In this document: positions 47,601-59,600 of the stretch, one piece after another
Position numbering within the stretch: position 1 is the first letter of the stretch
How the letters are laid out: every line of letters begins with the position of its first letter
Assembly: GCA_905178155.1 (NCBI GenBank)
Contig: CAJINV010000008.1
Location: 2,108,001-2,172,000, forward strand
DNA from: Amoebophrya sp. A120
Taxonomy: Eukaryota > Protista > Dinoflagellata
Direction: 5' to 3'
DNA: 64,000 bases
Position numbers and translations under genes: made by a program
The notes under the pieces: generated by a model
Told to the model about the DNA's origin: nothing
What the model saw: only the letters and a program-made list of their open reading frames with translations
The model's database searches: none

Positions 47601-50600
47601 CTAGCCTCTTCCCACAGGATTACGCATGACAAGTTTCGGAGCTTCAAGCCGCACTACAATCTGGCGAAATTTGTATTGCAGAAAGTGGAACGCTCTCCGA
47701 GTCTGTCATGCTCCTCATGCAATACAAAGCCCAGATTCTATTGTAACGTTTGAGATTGTAACGTTTGAGCAGGTCATGTGGCACATCCGGTACTGGCTGG
47801 CGTCTTCTTCCTGGTTCGCGGAGTATATCCGCTTCGTATCATATTGCAAGAAAAAAGTGTTACAGATACACATTGTGTTGCAAGACCGGCAACACAGACA
47901 ACCTGTCTCATGCAGGAAAGGCTTGCGAGCCTCGTTTCCTTCCTGTTTTCCATTATGATCTTTGCAGTACAAGTTTTCTCTGCCACAAAGAGAAAATCTG
48001 TGATGCAGAAACTCCAACACATGTGTAACTGTAGCGCTTTTTTCTCGTGATATGTCAAACTGGAAAGTGCCCCGCCCCGCCAGATGGGCGGATTCAGTAC
48101 GTACATTGCAAAGTTACTGCATCAACTACATGGAAATAATCTGTACATAAGAGAAGAACGCGACTCAGTTTATTCGTTTCAGAATCGATGAGCAAGCGCG
48201 CAAGTGTTCCGTTGCGGAAGTAAGTTCGCAACGCGAAGTTTTCCCATTGCGGTCTATCAGGGGCGCTTTGCGGGCCGATAGTTCAACGTCACGTACGGCC
48301 ACTGGCCGGCCCAAGACCTCGTCTGCGACCAGAATAGCTTGGGGCTGCACCACGTGTACGCGACCGTCCCCCCGATGCACTGGCGCGACACTGCGTACTA
48401 TCCCAAGAAAAGACTGTTTTGCAGGCAAGACACGACGCTGTTGCAGATTTACTTTCAGCCGAGGTGACGTAAGCTAAGGCAAAAAAACCGAAACAGACAC
48501 ATCTGAAGGTACAGGGTCTTGAGCACCACGTTGCGCAGGAGGACATGGCTGTTCCGTCTTCCTCGTGTGTACTATTTCTCCAATTTCGCATAGATAGCGC
48601 GACTGTGACAACTCTTTGTCTTCGCATACCGGCCTGGGAATGGCGTACCGGCACTGGAGGGAAGTGAACGTGCACAAGGTCGACGGTTACGAAGACACAG
48701 ATGTGTACTCGCCACTGAAACACTATGGCGACGCAATCTATTTCAGCTCCCAATTATTTCAAATTTTGCCACCTCAACTTTAAAATTAATATAGCTCTAT
48801 GAAGTTGGTGCCTTTTTTGTTTGAGAAATAGACAGCGTATCGGGTGCTTTTGCATGAACTAGCCTCATTCACCAAAGACTGCAGGCCCTGCTCCGGAGAC
48901 CTGTTGCTCCGGCCTTTTATTTGTCTTTTTGCCGCCTCAAGTGACCCCCTCTTGGACCCCCGGCCTTCCCGGACCCCCCTGATAGCCGCCAAAAAGCCGT
49001 ACTGGTTTGGCAAGCCATGCCAGCGAGGGAAGGGGATTTCTACCCCCCTCCGGTAAACCACTTTACGACCCCCCTTCAAGCACCCCCCTGAAGGAGGGCC
49101 CCCAGCCCCATCTTTTTGCCTTGCTTGTTCGACAGCGCAGGACCAGACAACTTTTGTGAATTTCGCTAAGCTGCCCTGCAAAGAATCGAGCTACTGGAAA
49201 GTCACGCCGTTGCGACACAAATCAGGTGCCTGAAGTAACTACTCAGAGCTGAGGCCACAAAATTTGAAATAGTTGGAGGCTGAAATAGTTTGCGTCGCCA
49301 TAAACACCACGAGGACCAGCTTTTCGCGGCGGGGATCCGCAGCGGCAATTATGGCGTTGTGCTGCGTGGGCGCGGCGAGGGCATGGAGGAAATGGAGTGC
49401 TACGCAGAGTTCGAGGAGGACCAGACGCACCCGGGGAAGCTTCAGGTGAAGACGCTGCCCACGACGACTCCTACCGAAGGAAGTGAACAACGAGCTCCCC
49501 TTGCGTCGTCGGCGCAAGTTGGTGGAGGAACCGCAGGAGGTGCCGTGAGGGGCACGAGGAAAACGAATCCTTCGATGAAATTGTTCGACCAAAGGTTGTG
49601 GCCGAGGCTGACGTCGCTGCAGAAGCTGCATCTCCTGGAGACCTGCCGGAGGGTCCGGGGTGGGGCGGCGACCAATTTTTACCGAAGCGAGGATGTTGAG
49701 GACCTCCCTGAGAGGACTAACGGCGAGTCCTTCGCCTCGGAGACGTTTTGGTTCGAGGACGCTTCTGCCGAGTCTGCGGAAGCTTTGTTTGCCCGCATTG
49801 CCCGGATGGAGAAGGCCCCGGGTAGCGATTTCGGTGCGCAGGAACTCTCGGAAACGTTCCAGAAGTGGAGGATTTTGCTTGAAAAGGTGATCCGGCGGCT
49901 AAACAATCCCAATGCGTTCAGGCACGAGCAACGGGAGCAAGCAGAGGACCTCTCTAAGAATACAGCCGCACCATCTCGTAGCGCAGAAGGAGCAGTAGAA
50001 CAAGAACCAGCTCGGCCAGCGGACAACCCCTCGGCGATGAAGGCCAGTCGGGCGTCGTCTACGTCGCCTGCCCCCCCGGAATCCGAAGTGCAAGTCTTGC
50101 AGCCTGCTGCACCCGAACTCCTGTATTTGCATCCGGAGCAGCAGTTTTTTCGCATCCAGCTGGACCTAGATGCTGCGATCGAGGCCTCGGACGAACACAA
50201 GCAAGATTTTGCGCGCATCCGGTTCCTATCAAATGCAAAAATGTCTGGGTCTGGGAAATTGCGAGATTACTATCTAAACTGCAGCAGCTGGTAAAAAATG
50301 CATGCGAGGGGTATGTTCGGGGGTATGTTCGGGGGTGTGTCAGGGGTATGCAAATGCTCCTCAATCACGGGCGGACTACAATTTTTTGCCGAAAAACCAA
50401 CAGGTGGGGTATAAACATACCCCAGACATACCCCAGACACACCCCAGACACACCCCAGACAGACCCCCGAACATACCCCAGGCAAAAAGTCCGAACACAC
50501 CCCAGACACACCCCGGACATACCCCGGGCAGACTTTCGGACACACCCCGGACAGAATTTTTGACACACCCCGGACAAACTTTCGGATTTTGTCATGTGAG

Positions 50601-53600
50601 GGTTGACCCGAGGTCCAGTCTGTCACGCGAGACCGTGCGGCCAAGGGGCGAAAGCCCTAGGGCAGCGCGGGGACTCTGTCCCCGCGTCATGCCCTAGGGG
50701 CCAGCTGGGAGCGCTTTCCGGACACCGCGCGGCCAAGGGGCGAAAGCCCTAGGCCAGCGCGGGGACTCGGTCCCCGCGTCATGGCCTAGGGGCCAACTGT
50801 GGGCGTTTCCTTTCCCGGACACCGTGCGGCCAAGGGGCGAAAGCCCTAGGCCAGCGCGGGGACTCGGTCCCCGCGTCGTGTTGGCCTAGGGGCCAGCTGT
50901 GAGTGCTTCCCGGACACCGTGTGGCCAAGGGACGAAAGCCCTAGGCCAGCGCGGGGACTCGGTCCCCGCGTCATGGCCTAGGGAGTCCCCGCGTCATGGC
51001 CTAGGGGCCAGCCGTGAGCGCTTCCCGGACACCTTGCGGCCAAGGGGCGAAAGCCCTAGGCCAGCGCGGGGACTCGGTCCCCGCGTCATGGCCTAGGGGC
51101 CAGCTGGGAGCGTTTCCCGGACACCGTGCGGCCAAGGGGCGAAAGCCTTGGGCCAGCGCGGGGGCCCGGTCCCCGGGTCATGGCCTAGGGTTCAGTTCTG
51201 GGCGCTTCCCGGACAGCGTGCGGCCAAGGGGCGAAAGCCCTAGGCCAGCGCGGGGACTCGGCCCCCGCGTCAATCATGGCCTAGGGGCCAGCGGTGAGCG
51301 CTTCCCGGACACCGTGCGGCCAAGGGGCGAAAGCCCTAGGCCAGCGCCGGGACTCTGTCCCCGCGCCATGGCCTAGGGGCCAGCTTTGAGCGCCTCCGGG
51401 GCAGCCGGCGACCAAGGGGCGAAAGCCCTAGGCCAGCGCGGGGACTCGGTCCCCGCGTCATGGCCTAGGGGCCAGCTGGTGGCGCTTCCCGGAAACCGCG
51501 TGGCCAAGGGGCGAAAGCCCTAGGCCAGCGCGGGGACTCGGTCCCCGCGTCATGGCCTAGGGGCCAGCTTGGAGCGCTTCCCGGACACCGTGCGGGCAAG
51601 GGCGGGGCGAAAGCCCTAGGCCAGCGCGGGGGCTCGGTCCCCACGTCATGGCCTAGGGTTCAGCTCCGGGCGCTTCCCGGACAGCGTGTGGCCAAGAGGC
51701 GAAAGCCCTAGGCCAGCGCGGGGACTTGGTCCCCGCGTCATGGCCTAGGGGCCAGCGGTGAGCGCATCCCGGACACCGTGCGGCCAAGGGGCGAAAGCCC
51801 TAGGCCAGCGCCGGGACTCTGTCCCCGCGCCATGCATGGCCTAGGGGCCAGTTGTAGGCGCTTCCCGGACAGCGTGCCACCAAGGGGCGAAAGCCCTAGG
51901 CCAGCGCGGGGACTCTCTCGGCCCCCGCGTCATGGCCTAGGGGCCAGCTGTGAGCGCTTCGCTCCCGGGCACCGTGCGGCCGAGGGGCGTGCGAAAGCCC
52001 TAGGCCAGCGCCGGGACTCGGCCCCCGCGTCATGGCCTAGGGGCCAGCTGGGGGCGCTTCCCGGAAGCCGCGTGGCCAAGGGACGAAAGCCCTAGGCCAG
52101 CATGGGGACCCGGTCCCCGTGTCACGGCCTAGGGGCCAGGTGTGGGCGTTTCCCGGACACCGTGTGGCCAAGATAGGGACGAAAGCCCTAGGCCAGCATG
52201 GGGACTCGGTCCCCGTGTCANATAGGGACGAAAGCCCTAGGCCAGCATGGGGACTCGGTCCCCGTGTCATGGCCTAGGGGCCAGGTGTGGGCGTTTCCCG
52301 GACACCGTGTGGCCAAGGTAGAAGCGAAAGCCCTAGGCCAGCGCGGGGACTCGGTCCCCGCGTCATGGCCTAGGGGCCAGCCTTGAGCGCTCCCCGGACA
52401 CCGTGCGCCCAAGGGGCGAAAGCCCGAGGCCAGCGCGGGGACTCGGTCCCCGCGTCATGGCCGAGGGGCCAGCTGGGGGCGCTTCCCGGACACCGCGCGG
52501 CCAAGGGGCGAAAGCCCTAGGCCAGCGCGGGGACTCGGTCCCCGCGTCATGGCCTAGGGGCTAGCTACGAACACTCCCCGGACTGACACCACACCGCGCG
52601 GCCAAGGAAGGGCGGGACGAAGATAGAAAAGCCCTAGGGCGGTGTGGGGCTCTGTCGCCGCGTCATGACCTGGGGCGGGGCCGGCTCCAGGCCCGGCGCC
52701 AGTTTCTTCTTTTCTTTTATCTTTGCGCGCGGCAGGCTAATGAATCTAGTGCGCGCAAGCAGGGGAGCCGCGTCCGCAGGCCCGTCGCGGGTCAGGGAAT
52801 GCAAGGCGCACCGAAATACCTAGCACTAGCTGCAGGCGACCTGCCTGCCCAGTGTCACCGCGCAGACAAATGCCGGAAGGTCGCCGCACGGGGACTCTGT
52901 CCCCGTGCTCGGACCTTGTTTGTCATGCAGATTTTTCATGATCCATGCCGTCTGGAATGCAGGACCTAGCATGACAGATTCTGTGAGACCCCTATCATGC
53001 CTATCCTGCATGAGAAACCTCCTCCCAACTTGGTCAAAAGTGGACAACTTTTGGCATTCGTGCGACACAGATTTTCGCACGAGCCAGAATTAGCATTACA
53101 TTTACAAGCGGCGGAGGTCTGGGGTGAATATGAGAAGGCGCTGCGGGACGCACTAGACCAGAAGTGGCCCCAAGAGCGGAAGGGTCCAGGAAAGCCCTGG
53201 ATTTCCGAGCACACGTGGACGCTCATCCAGAAGCGCAGCAAGAAAAACACCCGGGAGGGGCTAACGAAAGCGGAGCAGCGAGAACTGGCGAAGGCAGTGA
53301 AGCAGGCAGTCCGGGCAGACAAGAAGCGCTGGGTGGCCGACAAGCTCGAGGAGCTCAAAAAAGCGGAAAACAGAGGGGACGCGCGCGCAACCTTCGAGGT
53401 CGTGAGGCAGTTAGCAGGGCGGAGCAGAAAGGGGCAGCCGGACAGGCTCCCGGGAGGCAACGCCAAGCACGTCGAGTTTTGGCGCTCAATTTTTGGCGTG
53501 CCGAGGCCGGAGCCGGCTCAGGAGCTAAAGGAGACCGAAACGTGGAAGGAGTGTGAAAAGGAATTCAACAGCAACAACGCGCGACCGCCGTGGGAGCAAG

Positions 53601-56600
53601 CTTTCCAGGAGATCACAGACGCCGAAATCGACAAAGGTATCAAAGAGTTGAAACCCGGCAAATCATTCGCCGGGTGCATGCCAGCCGAATTCTTCGCAAG
53701 CAGCGAGTTGGGCCGGCGGGTCCTTCGCGATGTAGTGAAGAAGATATTCGCAGGGGAGAAGATCCCGGAAGAATGGTTAGAGGCTTCGATCACACTCCTC
53801 CATAAAGCCGGAGCAAAAGGGGAGCCAAAAAACTACCGCCCGGTGGCGCTCCTCACGGTAGGGGAGAAGCTCCTCAGCCTCCTCATCCTCAACCGCATAA
53901 AGGACGCGGCCTACGCAAGCATCGACCAACGACAAAAAGGATCAGTGGCGGGAATGTCATGCAGAAGTGGCGTGTTTGTACTCCTCCGCCGCCTCGAGCA
54001 GGCCATACGAGACGGCGAAGACATGGCGTCGATCTTCATAGACTTCTGCAAGGCCTACGATTCGCTTTCGTGGGAAAGGATGCGCAGAATCCTGCAGATG
54101 CAAGGAATGCCCCCGAGCCTGGCGAAAATACTCGAAGAGCTATACGATGGCGCCAGCATGCGGCTGAAGACAGGCCGCGGGGAACTTTCGGAGAAGATCG
54201 GCCAGAAGTGCGGAATCCGACAGGGGTCGAGCTTGAGCCCGCTCCTCTTCATTCTGACGCTGGACTGGGCGATGAGGATGGTGACAAGAGTGCTAGTGCG
54301 CAAAGGAATCTTTAGCACCTCGGCCGAGACGGTGGAACTTGCTCGGCTGTCCTGGCTCGGATATGTCGACGACCTCGTCATTCGCACGCAAAGCAAAGAA
54401 CACGCGGCAACGGCACTCACGGAGCTAATGGCAGGGTGCGCATTCGTCGGGCTAACCTTGAACGCGGACAAGACCGAGGCCATGACGTTCAACCTGCAGC
54501 CGGCGGAAAAAACGAACGAAGAAGCACGGGAGGAGCGATTCAAGTTTCGGGAACTCGACGGCACAGAGCGCAGCGGCTGGATGGTCGAGTGGAGTGGGGC
54601 GGACCTGCGCCCAGAGCTAAAACAAGGAGCGAAAAAGGCGCCGCGGATGGACATGGGGCTGAAGCCCACTCACCTACTCGCCTGTGATGATGGGTCCTTC
54701 AGCTGCTGCATCCTGAAGCAAAGCGGGTGGGCAACAGTGCGATGGCGATGGGCCGAAGCGCCGGCAAGGCTCATACGCATGGGCCGCGTCCGGTTTGTCA
54801 AGCAAGAGAAAAACGCATTCGTCTGCGACAGGTGCGGCGACATCCTGAGCGACCAAAAAGCACTGACCTACCACAAGGCGACGGGCTTCTGCCGACCGGC
54901 AAAGACAGAAGAGGAAGAGCGACAGCTCCGGATAGGGCGGCAGATCCTGGAAAAACAGAAGGCAGAGCGTGCGCGGCAGCTCGTCTCAGCCAACCTAACC
55001 ACCTACAGCGGGGAAGAGATCAAGGCCGTCAGCTTGTTCAAGTACCTGGGCACGCAAGTAGAAAACAACGCGGCGACAACGAAGGAGATCGCGAGGCGCG
55101 CCGGCATGGCGCGTGCCACGGCCCAGGCACTGCGGGGCATCTGGAGAGACCGAGACATCTCCAGGAAGTTGAAAGCGACCTTATGCCAAAGCCTAGCCAA
55201 TTCCGTCGCATTATACAACGCGGAAACCTGGCACCCGCGGGAACACGACCTCAAGGCGCTGCGGTGGTTCCAGCGCAGTACTTCAAAAACGGTGGAAGGG
55301 GGAAAACGCGCATGGCAGTACGCACAAGAGGAAGCGGAAGGAGCAGAAGAGTACGCAAGCCGGCTCGACCTCTGCAACAGGACGGGAGTGCCGCCGATAG
55401 AGACCATCTGATCCTGCGGGAGAGACGGGTAGCATGGACAGCGCACACCTACCTTTCGCAACCCCAACGAAGCATGCCACCACCTAACGAAGGAAGAGAC
55501 CCGAAAAAACACCCCCTGGGGCAGGATGGTAAAAGAGGACTCCGAAGCCATAGGCCTACCAGTCGACGGGTTCATGGACCTAAAGCCACAGCCAGCGGCC
55601 CACGTAGTGAAGGCACACCTCGTAGCAAAAAGGCCCACGAAGCCGCTGCCGAAGCAGCAAAAGACCGACAGGAGAGGAAAGACCAAGGCGTGCAAAGCAA
55701 GGACCGCCCGACAAAACGAAAATATCCGGAAGCAAAAGGAGGAGGCCGAGCAAAAACAAGCAGCCAGAATTCATAGCGAGTATCAGCGGCAGGCGCTGGG
55801 AAAGAGCTCCCAACACCACAGGCAGCGCCTGGCAAACCGAAAAAAGCGACGCCGATCCCGATCCCGTGATGTTCCAAATCGACGCCGAGGATTTCTGTGA
55901 GAATTCGGGGCGGACAGAATACCGAGTGTGCGGCATCTGGTTCCAAAAGATGAGTGACGGAACCTACGCTGCGCGCTGAAGCGTGCGAGCGAAGATTCTT
56001 AGCAAAGCGATACACTTGTAAGCACATCCGAGAGAGAACGATGGGAAACCGATGGAAGAACTTTTGAAGAAGGATAATAGCTTGCGTGAGTGAATGGTGA
56101 ACGTATGCAGGGCATTCGGAGTGGACTGGAGAGACGAGGCGGATCTGAAGCGGTTTCGACGCGAATACGCGGAGAGACGGAACAGCATCGAGCCAGAACC
56201 CGGCCAGCTATTCGTAGCAACAGATGGCGGCCTATGCGACGAGACGGGGCGTTTTTCGGCTAGCTTCGTCATCACAGGCAACACGGGCCCGGACACGATT
56301 CGCCCCGCTGCTGCCTCCCGTACCCTATCGGGCGAGCTGATCGATGCAGGAGGATGGGGCCTCGCGTGGAGCTGCGAGCTGAACGTGGACAACCCATACG
56401 AAGCGGAGCGCACAGCGGTTTTGGGGGCCCTCCAGAGGATTGCGCATTTCATACGGACGGCGAGAAACGAGGACGACGCGACGGACATCGAGAGGGTGTT
56501 GCTATTGGTCGACAACTCGGGCGTCATCTCAGCTGCACGGGCCTACACGCGCTCACCCATGACCGCGGACATACGCATGGCGATCAACGAGATACACGAC

Positions 56601-59600
56601 GAATTGTCCGACGGTGGCGCTGGAGTTCCTGCGGACGCCCTCCCACGTAGGGGTGAGGCTCAACACCATGGCGGACGAACTGCCGAAGTTAGGCGGCAGC
56701 CGGAGGAGCGGCGACGGCGAGTTCCCTACCACCCGCAGAACCCTTAAAACCATCAAGGCGAAGGCCAAGCAGCTGGCGATGGACGAAAGGAAGGAGAGCA
56801 AGCCGACAACGGGCTATGGCCTAAGCAAGCGACCGAGCATAGTAGGGGCCTACTCGAGGAAGTGCGCCGTCTTGCAGGGGCAACGTGTCGAGTGGGCGCG
56901 CTGGGTCCTACTAAGCATTCACGCAGGACTGGTAGCCGGAGGGCCAGAACGGAATCCCCTGGCGCCGATCGTGTGCAGAAGGGGACAGGCGGGGCAGTAC
57001 GGGTGCAGGAACTGCGGCAAGAAAGTGGGCAGCCTCCCACTAGTCGGCCACCTCATCTTCGGCACGTGCAATTTCTCGGACGACAAGAGACCCCCGGAGC
57101 GTGAAAACATCCAGAAAGCGACGCACCTAAACGCCACGACCATGCCGATCGTGGCGGGCGACCTATTGGGGCTGCCAGTGGGGAAAGAGCGCCGATCGTA
57201 CGTGATGAGGCCGCAGCGGGAAGACGAGAAGGAAGATATCCGGTCCCCGCGCACGAGGAAAATAGTACGGAGCATGCGCAGGCACTACGGGGAGTGGGAG
57301 GGCGACAGCGACTCCGACCCAACGCCGGACGCACAAGACGAAGGAACCCAGGAGGACGGAGAAGGCGCGGAGACGAGTAGTTAGACAGTAGACTAGCAGG
57401 CTTAGAGTACGTTTAGAGAAAGCAGAACGCAACAGACACGACAAGAGCGAAACAGGCAGGCAGGACAGAAAGAAAAAGCCTCGGACAGAACAGAAAGAGG
57501 CGCGGCAAGCTGCAAAGCAGCAAAACAGGCACGCCCAGAAGAAGAGCCGAGGGGCCTGGTCTACGCAGGAGCAGGGGGCGTCCCTCTCCCGTAGGACCAG
57601 GGCGAAGGAAAGGCGCAAAAGAGGCACCTAGCAGGAGAAGGAGACGCGGAGGAGGCCATGCTGTTGGGGTACACCTGTCGGGGCCGCCGGCCTGTTCGCT
57701 TGCGTTTGTTGCCCTCGGTGCGTTCGTCTGTAGTTTGTGGTGCTCGTCGGTATGCCAAGTTTCTCAGCTGATCGGTCTGCCGTGGTAGCCATGAGTTTGT
57801 CTCTGTGTCGGACGTTCGTTCTCCAGAAATGCCTTCCGCCTGCGCGTCTCATCTCTCGTTGCCCTTCTCGTTTCCACGTGCCCACATCTTCCCTGTCACG
57901 CGTCCGTCATGCTGTTGCTCCCCTCCCCCTCCAGATGACATTAGCTTTTAGACCAAGGCCAAAGCGGGTAGACGCCACCGTTGGCTGCCGGCCTACGCGA
58001 CCTCATCTTCGTCCTCGCCGACAGTTTTCCGGTACCAACGAGGCGCAGATGCGCGATTTCCGCGGCGAGGGGCGGTCGGGGGCGAGACGGAATGTATCCA
58101 AATAAGATGATAAATCCGGGCTCCCAGCAACAACCACGTGCGCCCGCACAGGGGAGGGGGAAAATTTTTGCCAAAGAGAACAAAAGAAGGCCACCCGGCC
58201 GGCCTGTGGTGCCCGCTGGGTACCGAGGAGCCCAGCACGATGGGCACACCTATGCATGCCCCCTAGCCCGGTCACAGGTTGTATCATAATAGGCATGCAA
58301 ATCCTCGCCCTAGGATGAGATCGTCCCCATTGGTTCCATTTCTGATGATGATCGGCCCCATTGTTTCCTGCGCCGGATTCGCACCTGACCCATTAGCGTT
58401 CGTTAACCCCCGGGCTTCTAGTCGGGCTCTTGATCTCCGGGTCTTCTCGATTGGCTCTTGCCAGGGTGGGCTTCGTGCAAACGTGTGCGCGTTGTTTCTC
58501 TAGCGTGAAAAGTCGGGCCCGCACGCCGGCCGCGCTAAAGGCTGGCGCATCGTAGAATGAGTGAATGAATGAAGTTGCATCCTTCCAATCCCATACATTT
58601 TTGCAATGCATAGCTCCTCCTCCGCCCCTACCGGGGGGTGGTGGACCCCAGCCCGGAATCCATCACGAATGTATCAAGACGAAAATAAGTTGTATGCCCA
58701 GGGCCCCCAGAACTGCAAAGTGTCCCGCTTGTGAAGTTTTTATTTCCCCTAGAGTTGTAATGCGGGTATTTACGGTATTATATCGAACAATGAAGTGTAC
58801 TTCATCTTTTTTGTTCTATTCTCATACTGACGCCGAATTTATAGATGCATAGCGACGAGCTGTCTGTGTGATCTCAGAATACCACAGGGGGGTGACATCT
58901 ACAACGTTGCTTCTATTTCGGTATACGAAATGAAACGAATGCGCCGCATGCAAGGAGGACAACAAGTTTTTCAAAGCTAGTATATTTATCTATCATGATA
59001 CAAGCAATCTCTCGGGACAACTGGGTTCTTGCAACTACTTGTTTTGAGTTTGATACGACCGGCGGGACCGGAACGCGTTCTTGCCCTACTACCAGAAGTT
59101 TACTCGCGTTCCGGCTTGGGAAACCCCGTCCGGCCTACGAGTGCTGCGGCAGACCTTCGGGCCGAGGGTACACCACACCCTCGTGGCCTATACCAAAGAC
59201 CAGCTCGCCAGTATCGGTCAGGCCGCTGAGGAACCTGGTGTGAGCAGCACACTGCAGACCCAGATCTCGTCGTCGGTGTCAACATCTGCTTCTCCGACAG
59301 CGGAAGTTACCACTTCTAGCGGTGAACAAGCGCACAAGGAAAAGAAGAAGAGAAAGAAAATCAACTTTGGCGCGCCAACAACGCGTAACGTTACGCCACG
59401 GTGGCGGCCGTTATCAAACATGAAATTACGCCACCGCCGAACCGAGTTGCAACTTGTATCTAAGTACAGTATTTGTTCATGATGTTAACGTACGAACCGG
59501 GCTATGACAGACTGCAGACGGGATCATGTAAGTAAAAGATACTCAACGGGGACGCCCTGTTCGTATCAAGACAAATTTGTTTGAGAAGAGAATTCCGGCG

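Larger units (their letters stand above)
53109..58571 (+). mobile_element. 5'-truncated non-LTR retrotransposon (RT + RNase H + zinc fingers), degenerate
   Basis: RT ORF; frameshifted RNase H and CCHC-like segments; (GAAT)n tail ~58554-58573; inserted at ACAAG|TTGCATCC of the introner right arm. Confidence 0.85.
50227..58617 (+). mobile_element. 8.4-kb introner expanded by nested insertions
   Basis: Left end TATCAAATGCAAAAATGTCTGGGTCTGG (50227); right end CATCCTTCCAATCCCATACATTTTTGCAATGCATA (58612); DR GTTCC/GCTCC; removal (8391 nt) keeps the frame open. Confidence 0.8.

Noticed and set aside
50631-52610. CRISPR array or hammerhead ribozyme satellite
   Set aside because: Units are contiguous tandem copies without unique spacers and there are no cas genes; the CUGANGA core is absent and the candidate position varies between units
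52997-53108. N-terminus of the LINE RT ORF
   Set aside because: The sequence resembles introner interior; the LINE appears 5'-truncated at ~53109
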